64,000 nucleotides of DNA from Octopus vulgaris (taxonomy: Eukaryota). Shown in pieces: positions 27,801 to 42,800 of this stretch (positions within the stretch are counted from its first letter, which is position 1; the number at the start of each line of letters is the position of its first letter). Made by a program: the position numbers and the translations under genes. The stretch spans positions 56,172,001-56,236,000 of the forward strand of contig OX597823.1 in the NCBI GenBank assembly GCA_951406725.2. Reading direction: 5' to 3'. The notes beneath the pieces were generated by a model that saw only the letters and a list, made by a program, of their open reading frames with translations, searched no databases and was not told the DNA's origin.

Positions 27801-30800
27801 ATTACGTCAAATTCGTATTTAGATGTTTCCTGCAAATGAAATCTATGAAATTAAGGCTGACGTCGAAGTGAAGTCGCTGACGATTACGTTTCATCGAACA
27901 AACCCTCAACTAGCTATGTCAGCTGAGGTCAAGATATGGGAATGCAAGAAGCAAAAGCCAACAACAGCAGCAACGACAACACAGTCAACTGCGGCGACAA
28001 CTGCGAAAACAACTACGGCAGCCACGACAACTACAACAGCCACAACTACAGCAGCCACAACTAAACCTACCACTGTTGTTTCTACATCCAAGGTACCAAC
28101 AACAAAAGTATCAGTCTCCCCTACTACCACACCTTCTCCCACAACAACAACTGTTCCATCTACGACAGCAGGTATGTGAAATTTGAATTAACTTCCATTC
28201 TCTAGTAATACCATCCCGCTGCCTTTCCCACAGGCTTTCACGCGTTATGACAATGATTTTCTTCTGGATATATCGTGAAATCTTCCAAATCACTTACCTG
28301 TCAGTATACATTCAATGACACCTGTTAATAATTCAGTTGATATACATTTATCAATTTCCTTCTTTCATTCCACACAGTTCCAACGACAACTACGGCAGCC
28401 ACAACAACTACGGCAGCCACAACAACTACAGCAGCCACAACTAAACCTACCACTGTTGTTTCTACATCGAAGCCACCAACAACAGTATCAGCCTCACCTA
28501 CTACCACATCCTCTCCCACAACAACACCTGTGGCATCTACGACAACGCCACCAACTACAGGTATGTGAAATTTTGTGTTATCGTTCGGTTCTCTAACAAA
28601 ACCTCTCCACTGCCTTTCCCGCATAAAATCAACGATTATCTGCTGGAAATATGGTGAGATCTTTCATATCACTGAACTGTTATTATTCATTGAAAACACA
28701 CGTATTTTTGATTCTGTTGATATGCATTTGTCTATTTCCTGCTTTCCTTCTACACAGTTCCTACGACAACTTCGGTACCATGTCAGCTGGTTGACACAAT
28801 GACCGATCTAACGGATGACGAGATTGTTCCATCGTCTTTGAAAACTGGCAGTCAAGCGACGGATGTGCGTCCTGGTGGTGAGGTGTGGACTCCTGCTAAG
28901 ACTGACAGCTCGCCAAGCATCACGTTTACTTTTAAACACACTCGCGATATCCGGAAAGTGCAAATCACGTCATTAACAAACGTCCAAGCTTTCAGCCCTA
29001 CCGTTGTGTCGCCAAAGTCCAAATTGGAACCTGGAGTAAGTAAGATCACTTCTATTCGCATATACGCTGATAACACTCTCTATCAAAGTGTTAATATTTG
29101 CAATTTTAATCCACTCTTCTAAGCAGAGCGCATATAACACTTTTCTACTTACGCACAATTCTATCGGACACTTTTGACATTCACATAACTTTGTCATGCA
29201 TCGTCATATTCCAAAAGTAACACTGCTTAGTTTAGAAGCACCTTTAAATGTCCTATAGATTTTCCAGGTATGTCTTTTAAAAGGAAGCCTCCTATTATGA
29301 TAGACGCAAAGTATATTGGCATTTCCTCCCATATCACTACTCCATTAGTCAGTAGCAAATATTCCATTCACGCTTCACACAACCCTGTTTATTCAATGAT
29401 CACTATTCTTATGGTTACGTCAAATTCGTATTTAGATGTTTCCTGCAAATGAAATCTATGAAATTAAGGCTGACGTCGAAGTGAAGTCGCTGACGATTAC
29501 GTTTCATCGAACAAACCCTCAACTAGCTATGTCAGCTGAGGTCAAGATATGGGAATGCAAGAAGCAAAAGCCAACAACAGCAGCAACGACAACACAGTCA
29601 ACTGCGGCGACAACTGCGAAAACAACTACGGCAGCCACGACAACTACAACAGCCACAACTACAGCAGCCACAACTAAACCTACCACTGTTGTTTCTACAT
29701 CCAAGGTACCAACAACAAAAGTATCAGTCTCCCCTACTACCACACCTTCTCCCACAACAACAACTGTTCCATCTACGACAGCAGGTATGTGAAATTTGAA
29801 TTAACTTCCATTCTCTAGTAATACCATCCCGCTGCCTTTCCCACAGGCTTTCACGCGTTATGACAATGATTTTCTTCTGGATATATCGTGAAATCTTCCA
29901 AATCACTTACCTGTCAGTATACATTCAATGACACCTGTTAATAATTCAGTTGATATACATTTATCAATTTCCTTCTTTCATTCCACGCAGTTCCAACGAC
30001 AACTACGGCAGCCACAACAACTACGGCAGCCACAACAACTACAGCAGCCACAACTAAACCTACCACTGTTGTTTCTACATCGAAGCCACCAACAACAGTA
30101 TCAGCCTCACCTACTACTACATCCTCTCCCACAACAACACCTGTGGCATCTACGACAACGCCACCAACTACAGGTATGTGAAATTTTGTGTTATCGTTCG
30201 GTTCTCTAACAAAACCTCTCCACTGCCTTTCCCGCATAAAATCAACGATTATCTGCTGGAAATATGGTGAGATCTTTCATATCACTGAACTGTTATTATT
30301 CATTGAAAACACACGTATTAATTGATTCTTTTGATATGCATTTGTCTATTTCCTGCTTTCCTTCTACACAGTTCCTACGACAACTTCGGTACCATGTCAG
30401 CTGGTTGACACAATGACCGATCTAACGGATGACGAGATTGTTCCATCGTCTTTGAAAACTGGCAGTCAAGCGACGGATGTGCGTCCTGGTGGTGAGGTGT
30501 GGACTCCTGCTAAGACTGACAGCTCGCCAAGCATCACGTTTACTTTTACACACACTCGCGATATCCGGAAAGTGCAAATCACGTCATTAACAAACGTCCA
30601 AGCTTTCAGCCCTACCGTTGTGTCGCCAAAGTCCAAATTGGAACCTGGAGTAAGTAAGATCACTTCTATTCGCATATACGCTGATAACACTCTCTATCAA
30701 AATGTTAATATTTTCAACTTTAATCCACTCTTCTAAGCAGAGCGCATATAACACTTTTCTACTTACGCACAATTCTATCGGACACTTTTGACATTCACAT

Positions 30801-33800
30801 AACTTTGTCATGCATCGTCATATTCCAAAAGTAACACTGCTTAGTTTAGAAGCACCTTTAAATGTCCTATAGATTTTCCAGGTATGTCTTTTAAAAGGAA
30901 GCCTCCTATTATGATAGACGCAAAGTATATTGGCATTTCCTCCCATATCACTACTCCATTAGTCAGTAGCAAATATTCCATTCACGCTTCACACAACCCT
31001 GTTTATTCAATGATCACTATTCTTATGATTACGTCAAATTCGTATTTAGATGTTTCCTGCAAATGAAATCTATGAAATTAAGGCTGACGTCGAAGTGAAG
31101 TCGCTGACGATTACGTTTCATCGAACAAACCCTCAACTAGCTATGTCAGCTGAGGTCAAGATATGGGAATGCAAGAAGCAAAAGCCAACAACAGCAGCAA
31201 CGACAACACAGTCAACTGCGACGACAACTGCGAAAACAACTACGGCAGCCACGACAACTACAACAGCCACAACTACAGCAGCCACAACTAAACCTACCAC
31301 TGTTGTTTCTACATCCAAGGTACCAACAACAAAAGTATCAGTCTCCCCTACTACCACACCTTCTCCCACAACAACAACTGTTCCATCTACGACAGCAGGT
31401 ATGTGAAATTTGAATTAACTTCCATTCTCTAGTAATACCATCCCGCTGCCTTTCCCACAGGCTTTCACGCGTTATGACAATGATTTTCTTCTGGATATAT
31501 CGTGAAATCTTCCAAATCACTTACCTGTCAGTATACATTCAATGACACCTGTTAATAATTCAGTTGATATACATTTATCAATTTCCTTCTTTCATTCCAC
31601 ACAGTTCCAACGACAACTACGGCAGCCACAACAACTACGGCAGCCACAACAACTACAGCAGCCACAACTAAACCTACCACTGTTGTTTCTACATCGAAGC
31701 CACCAACAACAGTATCAGCCTCACCTACTACCACATCCTCTCCCACAACAACACCTGTGGCATCTACGACAACGCCACCAACTACAGGTATGTGAAATTT
31801 TGTGTTATCGTTCGGTTCTCTAACAAAACCTCTCCACTGCCTTTCCCGCATAAAATCAACGATTATCTGCTGGAAATATGGTGAGATCTTTCATATCACT
31901 GAACTGTTATTATTCATTGAAAACACACGTATTAATTGATTCTGTTGATATGCATTTGTCTATTTCCTGCTTTCCTTCTACACAGTTCCTACGACAACTT
32001 CGGTACCATGTCAGCTGGTTGACACAATGACCGATCTAACGGATGACGAGATTGTTCCATCGTCTTTGAAAACTGGCAGTCAAGCGACGGATGTGCGTCC
32101 TGGTGGTGAGGTGTGGACTCCTGCTAAGACTGACAGCTCGCCAAGCATCACGTTTACTTTTAAACACACTCGCGATATCCGGAAAGTGCAAATCACGTCA
32201 TTAACAAACGTCCAAGCTTTCAGCCCTACCGCTGTGTCGCCAAAGTCCAAATTGGAACCTGGAGTAAGTAAGATCACTTCTATTCGCATATACGCTGATA
32301 ACACTCTCTATCAAAGTGTTAATATTTGCAATTTTAATCCACTCTTCTAAGCAGAGCGCATATAACACTTTTCTACTTACGCACAATTCTATCGGACACT
32401 TTTGACATTCACATAACTTTGTCATGCATCGTCATATTCCAAAAGTAACACTGCTTAGTTTAGAAGCACCTTTAAATGTCCTATAGATTTTCCAGGTATG
32501 TCTTTTAAAAGGAAGCCTCCTATTATGATAGACGCAAAGTATATTGGCATTTCCTCCCATATCACTACTCCATTAGTCAGTAGCAAATATTCCATTCACG
32601 CTTCACACAACCCTGTTTATTCAATGATCACTATTCTTATGATTACGTCAAATTCGTATTTAGATGTTTCCTGCAAATGAAATCTATGAAATTAAGGCTG
32701 ACGTCGAAGTGAAGTCGCTGACGATTACGTTTCATCGAACAAACCCTCAACTAGCTATGTCAGCTGAGGTCAAGATATGGGAATGCAAGAAGCAAAAGCC
32801 AACAACAGCAGCAACGACAACACAGTCAACTGCGGCGACAACTGCGAAAACAACTACGGCAGCCACGACAACTACAACAGCCACAACTACAGCAGCCACA
32901 ACTAAACCTACCACTGTTGTTTCTACATCCAAGGTACCAACAACAAAAGTATCAGTCTCCCCTACTACCACACCTTCTCCCACAACAACAACTGTTCCAT
33001 CTACGACAGCAGGTATGTGAAATTTGAATTAACTTCCATTCTCTAGTAATACCATCCCGCTGCCTTTCCCACAGGCTTTCACGCGTTATGACAATGATTT
33101 TCTTCTGGATATATCGTGAAATCTTCCAAATCACTTACCTGTCAGTATACATTCAATGACACCTGTTAATAATTCAGTTGATATACATTTATCAATTTCC
33201 TTCTTTCATTCCACACAGTTCCAACGACAACTACGGCAGCCACAACAACTACGGCAGCCACAACAACTACAGCAGCCACAACTAAACCTACCACTGTTGT
33301 TTCTACATCGAAGCCACCAACAACAGTATCAGCCTCACCTACTACCACATCCTCTCCCACAACAACACCTGTGGCATCTACGACAACGCCACCAACTACA
33401 GGTATGTGAAATTTTGTGTTATCGTTCGGTTCTCTAACAAAACCTCTCCACTGCCTTTCCCGCATAAAATCAACGATTATCTGCTGGAAATATGGTGAGA
33501 TCTTTCATATCACTGAACTGTTATTATTCATTGAAAACACACGTATTTTTTGATTCTGTTGATATGCATTTGTCTATTTCCTGCTTTCCTTCTACACAGT
33601 TCCTACGACAACTTCGGTACCATGTCAGCTGGTTGACACAATGACCGATCTAACGGATGACGAGATTGTTCCATCGTCTTTGAAAACTGGCAGTCAAGCG
33701 ACGGATGTGCGTCCTGGTGGTGAGGTGTGGACTCCTGCTAAGACTGACAGCTCGCCAAGCATCACGTTTACTTTTACACACACTCGCGATATCCGGAAAG

Positions 33801-36800
33801 TGCAAATCACGTCATTAACAAACGTCCAAGCTTTCAGCCCTACCGTTGTGTCGCCAAAGTCCAAATTGGAACCTGGAGTAAGTAAGATCACTTCTATTCG
33901 CATATACGCTGATAACACTCTCTATCAAAGTGTTAATATTTGCAATTTTAATCCACTCTTCTAAGCAGAGCGCATATAACACTTTTCTACTTACGCACAA
34001 TTCTATCGGACACTTTTGACATTCACATAACTTTGTCATGCATCGTCATATTCCAAAAGTAACACTGCTTAGTTTAGAAGCACCTTTAAATGTCCTATAG
34101 ATTTTCCAGGTATGTCTTTTAAAAGGAAGCCTCCTATTATGATAGACGCAAAGTATATTGGCATTTCCTCCCATATCACTACTCCATTAGTCAGTAGCAA
34201 ATATTCCATTCACGCTTCACACAACCCTGTTTATTCAATGATCACTATTCTTATGGTTACGTCAAATTCGTATTTAGATGTTTCCTGCAAATGAAATCTA
34301 TGAAATTAAGGCTGACGTCGAAGTGAAGTCGCTGACGATTACGTTTCATCGAACAAACCCTCAACTAGCTATGTCAGCTGAGGTCAAGATATGGGAATGC
34401 AAGAAGCAAAAGCCAACAACAGCAGCAACGACAACACAGTCAACTGCGGCGACAACTGCGAAAACAACTACGGCAGCCACGACAACTACAACAGCCACAA
34501 CTACAGCAGCCACAACTAAACCTACCACTGTTGTTTCTACATCCAAGGTACCAACAACAAAAGTATCAGTCTCCCCTACTACCACACCTTCTCCCACAAC
34601 AACAACTGTTCCATCTACGACAGCAGGTATGTGAAATTTGAATTAACTTCCATTCTCTAGTAATACCATCCCGCTGCCTTTCCCACAGGCTTTCACGCGT
34701 TATGACAATGATTTTCTTCTGGATATATCGTGAAATCTTCCAAATCACTTACCTGTCAGTATACATTCAATGACACCTGTTAATAATTCAGTTGATATAC
34801 ATTTATCAATTTCCTTCTTTCATTCCACGCAGTTCCAACGACAACTACGGCAGCCACAACAACTACGGCAGCCACAACAACTACAGCAGCCACAACTAAA
34901 CCTACCACTGTTGTTTCTACATCGAAGCCACCAACAACAGTATCAGCCTCACCTACTACTACATCCTCTCCCACAACAACACCTGTGGCATCTACGACAA
35001 CGCCACCAACTACAGGTATGTGAAATTTTGTGTTATCGTTCGGTTCTCTAACAAAACCTCTCCACTGCCTTTCCCGCATAAAATCAACGATTATCTGCTG
35101 GAAATATGGTGAGATCTTTCATATCACTGAACTGTTATTATTCATTGAAAACACACGTATTAATTGATTCTTTTGATATGCATTTGTCTATTTCCTGCTT
35201 TCCTTCTACACAGTTCCTACGACAACTTCGGTACCATGTCAGCTGGTTGACACAATGACCGATCTAACGGATGACGAGATTGTTCCATCGTCTTTGAAAA
35301 CTGGCAGTCAAGCGACGGATGTGCGTCCTGGTGGTGAGGTGTGGACTCCTGCTAAGACTGACAGCTCGCCAAGCATCACGTTTACTTTTACACACACTCG
35401 CGATATCCGGAAAGTGCAAATCACGTCATTAACAAACGTCCAAGCTTTCAGCCCTACCGTTGTGTCGCCAAAGTCCAAATTGGAACCTGGAGTAAGTAAG
35501 ATCACTTCTATTCGCATATACGCTGATAACACTCTCTATCAAAATGTTAATATTTTCAACTTTAATCCACTCTTCTAAGCAGAGCGCATATAACACTTTT
35601 CTACTTACGCACAATTCTATCGGACACTTTTGACATTCACATAACTTTGTCATGCATCGTCATATTCCAAAAGTAACACTGCTTAGTTTAGAAGCACCTT
35701 TAAATGTCCTATAGATTTTCCAGGTATGTCTTTTAAAAGGAAGCCTCCTATTATGATAGACGCAAAGTATATTGGCATTTCCTCCCATATCACTACTCCA
35801 TTAGTCAGTAGCAAATATTCCATTCACGCTTCACACAACCCTGTTTATTCAATGATCACTATTCTTATGGTTACGTCAAATTCGTATTTAGATGTTTCCT
35901 GCAAATGAAATCTATGAAATTAAGGCTGACGTCGAAGTGAAGTCGCTGACGATTACGTTTCATCGAACAAACCCTCAACTAGCTATGTCAGCTGAGGTCA
36001 AGATATGGGAATGCAAGAAGCAAAAGCCAACAACAGCAGCAACGACAACACAGTCAACTGCGACGACAACTGCGAAAACAACTACGGCAGCCACGACAAC
36101 TACAACAGCCACAACTACAGCAGCCGCAACTAAACCTACCACTGTTGTTTCTACATCCAAGGTACCAACAACAAAAGTATCAGTCTCCCCTACTACCACA
36201 CCTTCTCCCACAACAACAACTGTTCCATCTACGACAGCAGGTATGTGAAATTTGAATTAACTTCCATTCTCTAGTAATACCATCCCGCTGCCTTTCCCAC
36301 AGGCTTTCACGCGTTATGACAATGATTTTCTTCTGGATATATCGTGAAATCTTCCAAATCACTTACCTGTCAGTATACATTCAATGACACCTGTTAATAA
36401 TTCAGTTGATATACATTTATCAATTTCCTTCTTTCATTCCACACAGTTCCAACGACAACTACGGCAGCCACAACAACTACAACAGCCACAACTACAGCAG
36501 CCACAACTACAGCAGCCACAACTACAGCAGCCACAACTAAACCTACCACTGTTGTTTCTACATCCAAGGTACCAACAACAGTAGTGTCAGTCTCCCCTAC
36601 TACCACACCTTCTCCCACAACAACAACTGTTCCATCTACGACAGCAGGTTCGTGAAATTTGAATTAACTTCGATTCTTTAGTAATACCATCCCCCTGTCT
36701 TTCCCACTGGCTTTCACGAGTCAAGACAATGATTATCTTTTGGATATATTGTGAAATCTTTCAAATCACTTTATTGTCATTATTCATTGAATGGCAGGTA

Positions 36801-39800
36801 TTAATTTTCTGTGGATATGCATTTTCTTTTCTTTTTTTATTTCCTGCTTTCCTTCTGCACAGTTCCTACCATAAGTTCGGCGCATGAGCTGGGTAACACA
36901 ATGACTGATCTAAAATATGATGAGATTGTTCCATCGGCTTTGAAAACTGGCCATGAAATTTAATGATGTTTTGTCCTGGAGGGAACGTGTGTTCTCCTGC
37001 TATGACTGACATCAATAAAATATCTATCGTTGCACATTTGGTATCTTTTTTATCGACCTCGTAATATTGAACGCATGAATTTATTCATATCATTTCATGA
37101 AATTGCTTACCATCATGCCAAATATTTGAACCAATATTAAAGATATTTTTTTCCTTTATGGCCTAACAATTCCCTTGAGTACTACTGTTTTTCCTTTTTT
37201 ATCCGCTTTTTTTATGTATTTTATTGAGAGTTCTATATTCAGAATATATACACAATGTTTATTTGTTCTCTTTTCTGTATTTTGTTGCAGTAAACTGATG
37301 TTTTGCTATGTGATTTATTTGCTTTCAAACCCTACGTTTTGACAACCGAAATTCCGTATCACTTTTCTTTCTTTTTTGTTGATGCCTGAAGGAACTGATG
37401 CACTTATCAGTGTATATATTTGCTGCTGTAGAGTATTTTCTCCCACCTAATCTCACCCAATAATTTTTTTTTTTTTTGCATCTTCGAATACTACTTTAAA
37501 CAAGCTTGGCCTGGATATCTGTTCTTTACAACGATAGGTGATCTGATCAACGGAACAGCCTGCTTGTGAAGTTAGCAAGCAAGTGACTAAATCTCCATAG
37601 ACTAAATCTCCATAGACAATAAACGTAGTTCTCAGATTCAGAGGACACAGAATGTTACAAAGCCGGTCCTTTGAAATACAAGTACTACACACTTTTGACA
37701 GTAGAGTGGACTGGAGCATGGAGAAATAAAATGCACCGCTGGTAATCGAACTCTCGCTTTTACGATCGTGAACCAAATGCCCTAGCCATAAAGCCACGCA
37801 CCTTCTTAAATAAGATATATGTGGAAACACGTCAAGACCCTTCAATACGATGTTTTCTAATAGAGACACAAGGTCAACAATTTTCAATGTTAGTCGATGC
37901 AATCGACGCCAATACTTGACTGTTACAGAGTAATGAAAAGCAAGTTTAACGGCGGCAGAATTTGATCTGCAAACGAAAGTGTCAGAAGAAATACTGCAAT
38001 ACTACAAAGCATTTTTGGCGACGCTATATGTTCAGCTATTGCCTTTCACCCTTTCGGGGTCGATAAAATAAGTTGCCAGTCGATTCCTCAAAACTGGCAG
38101 CTATGTGCTTAAATTAGAAACATTTAAACTGAGGAGCTGACAGAATTGTTAAACCATCGGGAAAATGCTTAGCATTATTTCCTCTAAGGCGGCGAGGTGG
38201 CAGAATCGTTAGCACGCCGGGTACAATATTTAGCAGTATTTCGCCCATGTTTACATTCTCAGTTCAAATTCCGCCGAGGTTGACTTTGCCTTTCACCCTT
38301 TCGGGGTCGATGAAATAAATACCAGTTGAGCACTGAGGTCGATGTAATTGACTTAGCTCCTTACCACAAATTCCAGGCCTTGTGCCTATAGTTGAACGAA
38401 TTATTTCCTCTACTTCTTTTCGTTCTGGGTTCAAATGCTGTCGGATTCATATTTTCCTTACATCCCTCCGAGGTCGATAATTGTCAGTAAAATACTGGGA
38501 TCAATTTAACTGATTTTCCCTTTCCCCAAAAAATTGCTGCCTTTCTACCTAAATCTGATATCGTTGTTATTGTCGTTGCTTTATCGTGGAGCTTACAAAA
38601 TGATTTTATTACGGATTTTCCAATGGAAAATTGCTTTTGTTTTTTGCTTTGTTTCTCGTTTTATCTGGGTTTTTTTGCTTATATTTTCTATTCTGGATAA
38701 GAGTTTTTTAAGATTTAACCTACTCCCTTATTACTGGTGCAGACAGAGGTTTGTCTTGACATATTTTTTCTTGATTTTGTATTATTCTATAAGACTGCCA
38801 TTTGCATCTTCATTTGCATTTCAAAACAACTACATCAAGAATTGTTGAAAGAAAGATGCGCCATAATGATAAAAAGTTCACTTTGCAATTGTGTAGTCTC
38901 TGATTATTCCTAGAGCATGAAATCTTGGACAAGTATCTCGAGAAAACCCTATCTTTGTTACGTAAACTACGTAGACGGAAACTGTTCGGAAACTGTTCGG
39001 TTAGTGTCCCTTAAATCCAAAGACACAGTCTCGTCACATGCTGTGTGAAGCTGATTCTCTTAGAGAATTACGATAATGATATGCATATCTGTGAAGTATT
39101 TATCCACATCTAACGTTAATCCAAAGAGTAGATTATTCAATTAGTTGATCGAATAACTGTATACTCACTGCCGAAATCGACAGAGGATCCATTTAAAAAT
39201 TATGGTGTCTCAGAGAGTATCCAGAAAAAAGCAAAGACCACTGAAATTGTATGATACTCATTGCCCCCGCCCCCAAAGCGAGAACCGTATTCCCTTTCCG
39301 CCTCCGACACAGTATTGGTCATCTGCGCTATCTCATCGTGATGCGGCGTTTGAGAATCACATGAAGACTAGAGGAAAGTGAGAAGCCATCGGAAGCAGTA
39401 AAAATTCAGAAAGCAACAACAAAAAATAAGTACGAATTCAGACAAAGAACCAAAAAGAATACCGCATCCCCCCAACCCTTAACCCCCATCCACTAATTGC
39501 TGTCTGAAGGTCTTGAGTGCACGAAACTCGCGATTGTCTGAATTAATATCCTAATGCCTACATAGCCTAAGAGAAAATAAATATATACTGCAAATATCGA
39601 ATAGGAGATAGGAATCGAATACATCGACCTCAAAAATAATAAACTGTTACCGAAAACCATACCAATCGTCTGTCGGGGACTAAGGGAGCACTCCACTAAG
39701 GATGAACAAATTTTCGGGTCTTGGCTAAAGCTAGAACTTCTCAAAAGTAATTAAGAACGTTCCTATTTGAAGAAGGTAATCAGAGCAGAAGTTGGTCAGA

Positions 39801-42800
39801 AATATGAAGATACCTGAACGTCCATAGGTGACAACTTTTCATTCTCTTTTTGTTGTCCTTATTTGATATTTTTTTACTAGATTTCTGTTTTGATATACGT
39901 AGTCTGATCAATAAGTATCACGACTGTTGCTATAGTAACGAAGCTAAAGCACACAGAGTGAAGCCGCTTGTCACAGATTGACCTTGAGTTCTGCTGTGCA
40001 GGTGCACTAAGTTTTTAATGTTCACTCTCTCTTCCGTTATTTACAGCAGTGCTTGGAAGGAAGGTGTTTAGCGTGTGATCGTCGCATTGACAATGACAAA
40101 GTTGAGTGCAGAATCTGCATCAAATTTTGCCAAAAGCTTGGCACTACCTGCTCACAGGCCAATGCAAAGTTTTCAAAAAGTTTTCATCGACCTCGACACA
40201 ATCAAGGAGATTTTTTGCAACTCAAAACCGAGTGTCTTTTTGGTCAACTGTAAGCAGTTTCTGCACAAACTTGGCATACCCAAATTTTCAGTGATAATGT
40301 ATTCAACTGAACCTGAACCGTAACTAATCTGCACATCCTCTGATAACTCGCGGATGGTGATTCACCGATTTCCTCTCACAGCTGCACGCACATATACGAT
40401 GTTTTTCTCGGTTCTTCTGGTTGTGGGCCTCCCAGAACGTTCGTCAATATCGACATTTTCTCAGCCATCTTGGAAACGTCTGAATCACTTGTACACTTGT
40501 GTGCGGCTCATACACTCCTCTCCATACACTTTCTGCGACTGAGCAGGTATTGCCATGAGAACATTCTCTGTCATGGTCAATGCTACGATCACACGCTACA
40601 CACCTTCCTTCCAAGCACTGCAGTAAACAGCGGAAGTGAGCTAACAAGTTAAAACTTACTGCGCATGCACAACAGAGTTCAAGATCAATCTTTGCTTAGC
40701 GGCTTCACTCTGCATACTTTAGATTCGTTACTATGGCCACAGCCCGGATACTTGTTGATCAGACCTCGTATTGTATTGCGCTTTACTTCAATCTCATTTA
40801 TTATATATGTAAATCGTTACTTGTTTCATAATATGTCTTCTGGTATGCTTTGCATTATATGTACGGATTTTTGTATCTAAAAGAGATATGATTATTGTTG
40901 TTGCTGTTGTTGTTATGAAAGGCGGCGAGCTGGTAGAATCGTTAGCACGCGGGGCAATATGCTTAGCAACATTTCGTCTATGTGCACGTCCTGAGTTCAG
41001 CTTTAACCGAGGTCGACTTTGCCTTTCGTTGTCGATAAAATATATACTAGTTGAGTACTGGAGTCGATATAATCGACTAGTCCCCCTCCTCCGAATTCCA
41101 GACCTTGTGCCTATATTAGAAATGATTATTATTATTTATTGTTGTTGGTGTTAAGGCAGTGAACTGGCAGAATCGTTAGTACGCCGAGCGAAATGCTTAA
41201 CGGCATTTCGTCTGCGTTACGTTCTGAGTTCAAATTCCGCCGGGGTCGACTTTGCCTTTCATCCTTTCGGGGTCGATAAATTAGGTACCAGTTACGCACT
41301 GGGGTCGATGTATTCGACTTAATACCTATGTCTGTCCTTGTTTGTCCCTTCTGTGTTTAGCCCCTTGTGGGTAATAAAGAAATAGGTATTTCGTCTGCCA
41401 CTACGTTTTGAGTTCAAATTCCGTTGAGGTCGGCTTTGCCTTTCAACCGTTCGGGTTCGATGAAATAAGTACCAGTTACGCACTGGGTCGATGTAATCGA
41501 CTTTCCCCTTCCCCAATAATTTTCAAGGCCTTGTGCCTAGCGTAGAAATAATAATAATTGTTGTTGCTGTGAAAGGCAACGAACTGGCAGAATTGTTAGC
41601 ACGCGGGGCAAAATGCTTAGCGTATTTCGTCTGTCTTTACGTTCTGAGTTCAAATCCCGCCGAGGTCGACTTTGCCTTTTATCCTTTCGGGGTCGATAAA
41701 TTAAGTACCAGTTACGCACTGGGGTCGATGTAATCGACTTAATCCCTTTGTCTGTCCTTGTTTGTCCCCTCTCCGTTTAGCCCCTTGTGGGCAATAAAGA
41801 AATAAGAATTGTTAGCACGCGGGGCAAAATGCTGAGCGTATTTCGTCCGTCGTTACGTTCTGAGTTCAAATTCTGCCGAGGTGGACTTTGCCCTTCACCC
41901 TTTTGGGGTCGATAAATTAAGTACCAGTGAAACACTGGGGTCAATAAAATCGACTCGTCCTCTCCGCTAAAATTTCAGGCCTTGTGCTTTTAGCAGAAAG
42001 GATTGTTGTTGTTGTTGTTGTTTATCTCTGGGACTAGATGTGTCGCGAACATTCTGTGAGTTATTCATCTATTTTCATTGTTATAAATTTCTTTTGTTTC
42101 CGTTTTTGTTGTATCGTGTGTCATATTTTGAGCAGTTCATATGGATCTGAGCAAAAGATATTGTTATCTGCCCTAAGGGACGGAATTTTGAAAAGAATTA
42201 CCTTGCTTTTGGAATATCTATTTAAAACTAAATTTGGTGGAGTCTTCCTCGCCAAAAGAAGAAGAAAAGATGGTGGGAAGTAGTTTTAAAGACGAAACTG
42301 TCTTCCGCCGTCAAATCATTGAAAGGGTAGTAACCGCAGACAACAGCAACAGCATCACCAACACCGACAAAAAAATATAAAAGAAACGTTAAAAAAACAC
42401 TACCAGTATCGCCGCCGCCGCCGCCATCACAACGCCGACTAAAGCAACAACAACGAACAAGAAAAAAACAGGAGAAAGAAAAAGGACATTCTACAAACAT
42501 AAGTCAAAATTTAACCACCGCCTCTAGTATTACCACCATCAACGCCAACACAATAGCTGAAAACGACAAATATCATAAAGTAAGCATTAACGGTTTCGCA
42601 ACTGCAGTGCGTCAAACACAAGCAGATATAAAGCTGCCAATAGATGAGTTTAAAAATGCAAGACGCGTGTTAGAAAGAAAACGAAGAGTGCTTACGCTTA
42701 ACACCCCTGAAAACATTGTAGAAGACACACACAGAAAGAAAATAATATGCAAAACAATAGGGATACAAATTCGTAGACTAGAATGGGCGACACAGCAACA

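Larger units (their letters stand above)
11893..37010 (+). repeat. Coding tandem array of 15 complete ~1614-bp exon-intron units plus partial edge copies
   Basis: Identical ORF sets recur every 1614 bp (1632 in units 2-3, 1613 in unit 11). Unit = exon A 183 + intron 198 + exon B 278 + intron 400 + exon C 349 + intron 206. Confidence 0.98.

Noticed and set aside
12139-36618. Repeated Q-rich (+) and V-rich (-) short ORFs and the 60-74 aa intronic ORFs in the track
   Set aside because: These are off-frame or antisense readings of the Thr-rich exons and introns; they recur only because the DNA is repeated.
11893-37010. CRISPR-like array or non-coding satellite
   Set aside because: There are no variable spacers, the context is eukaryotic, and the units contain phase-compatible exons with canonical splice sites.
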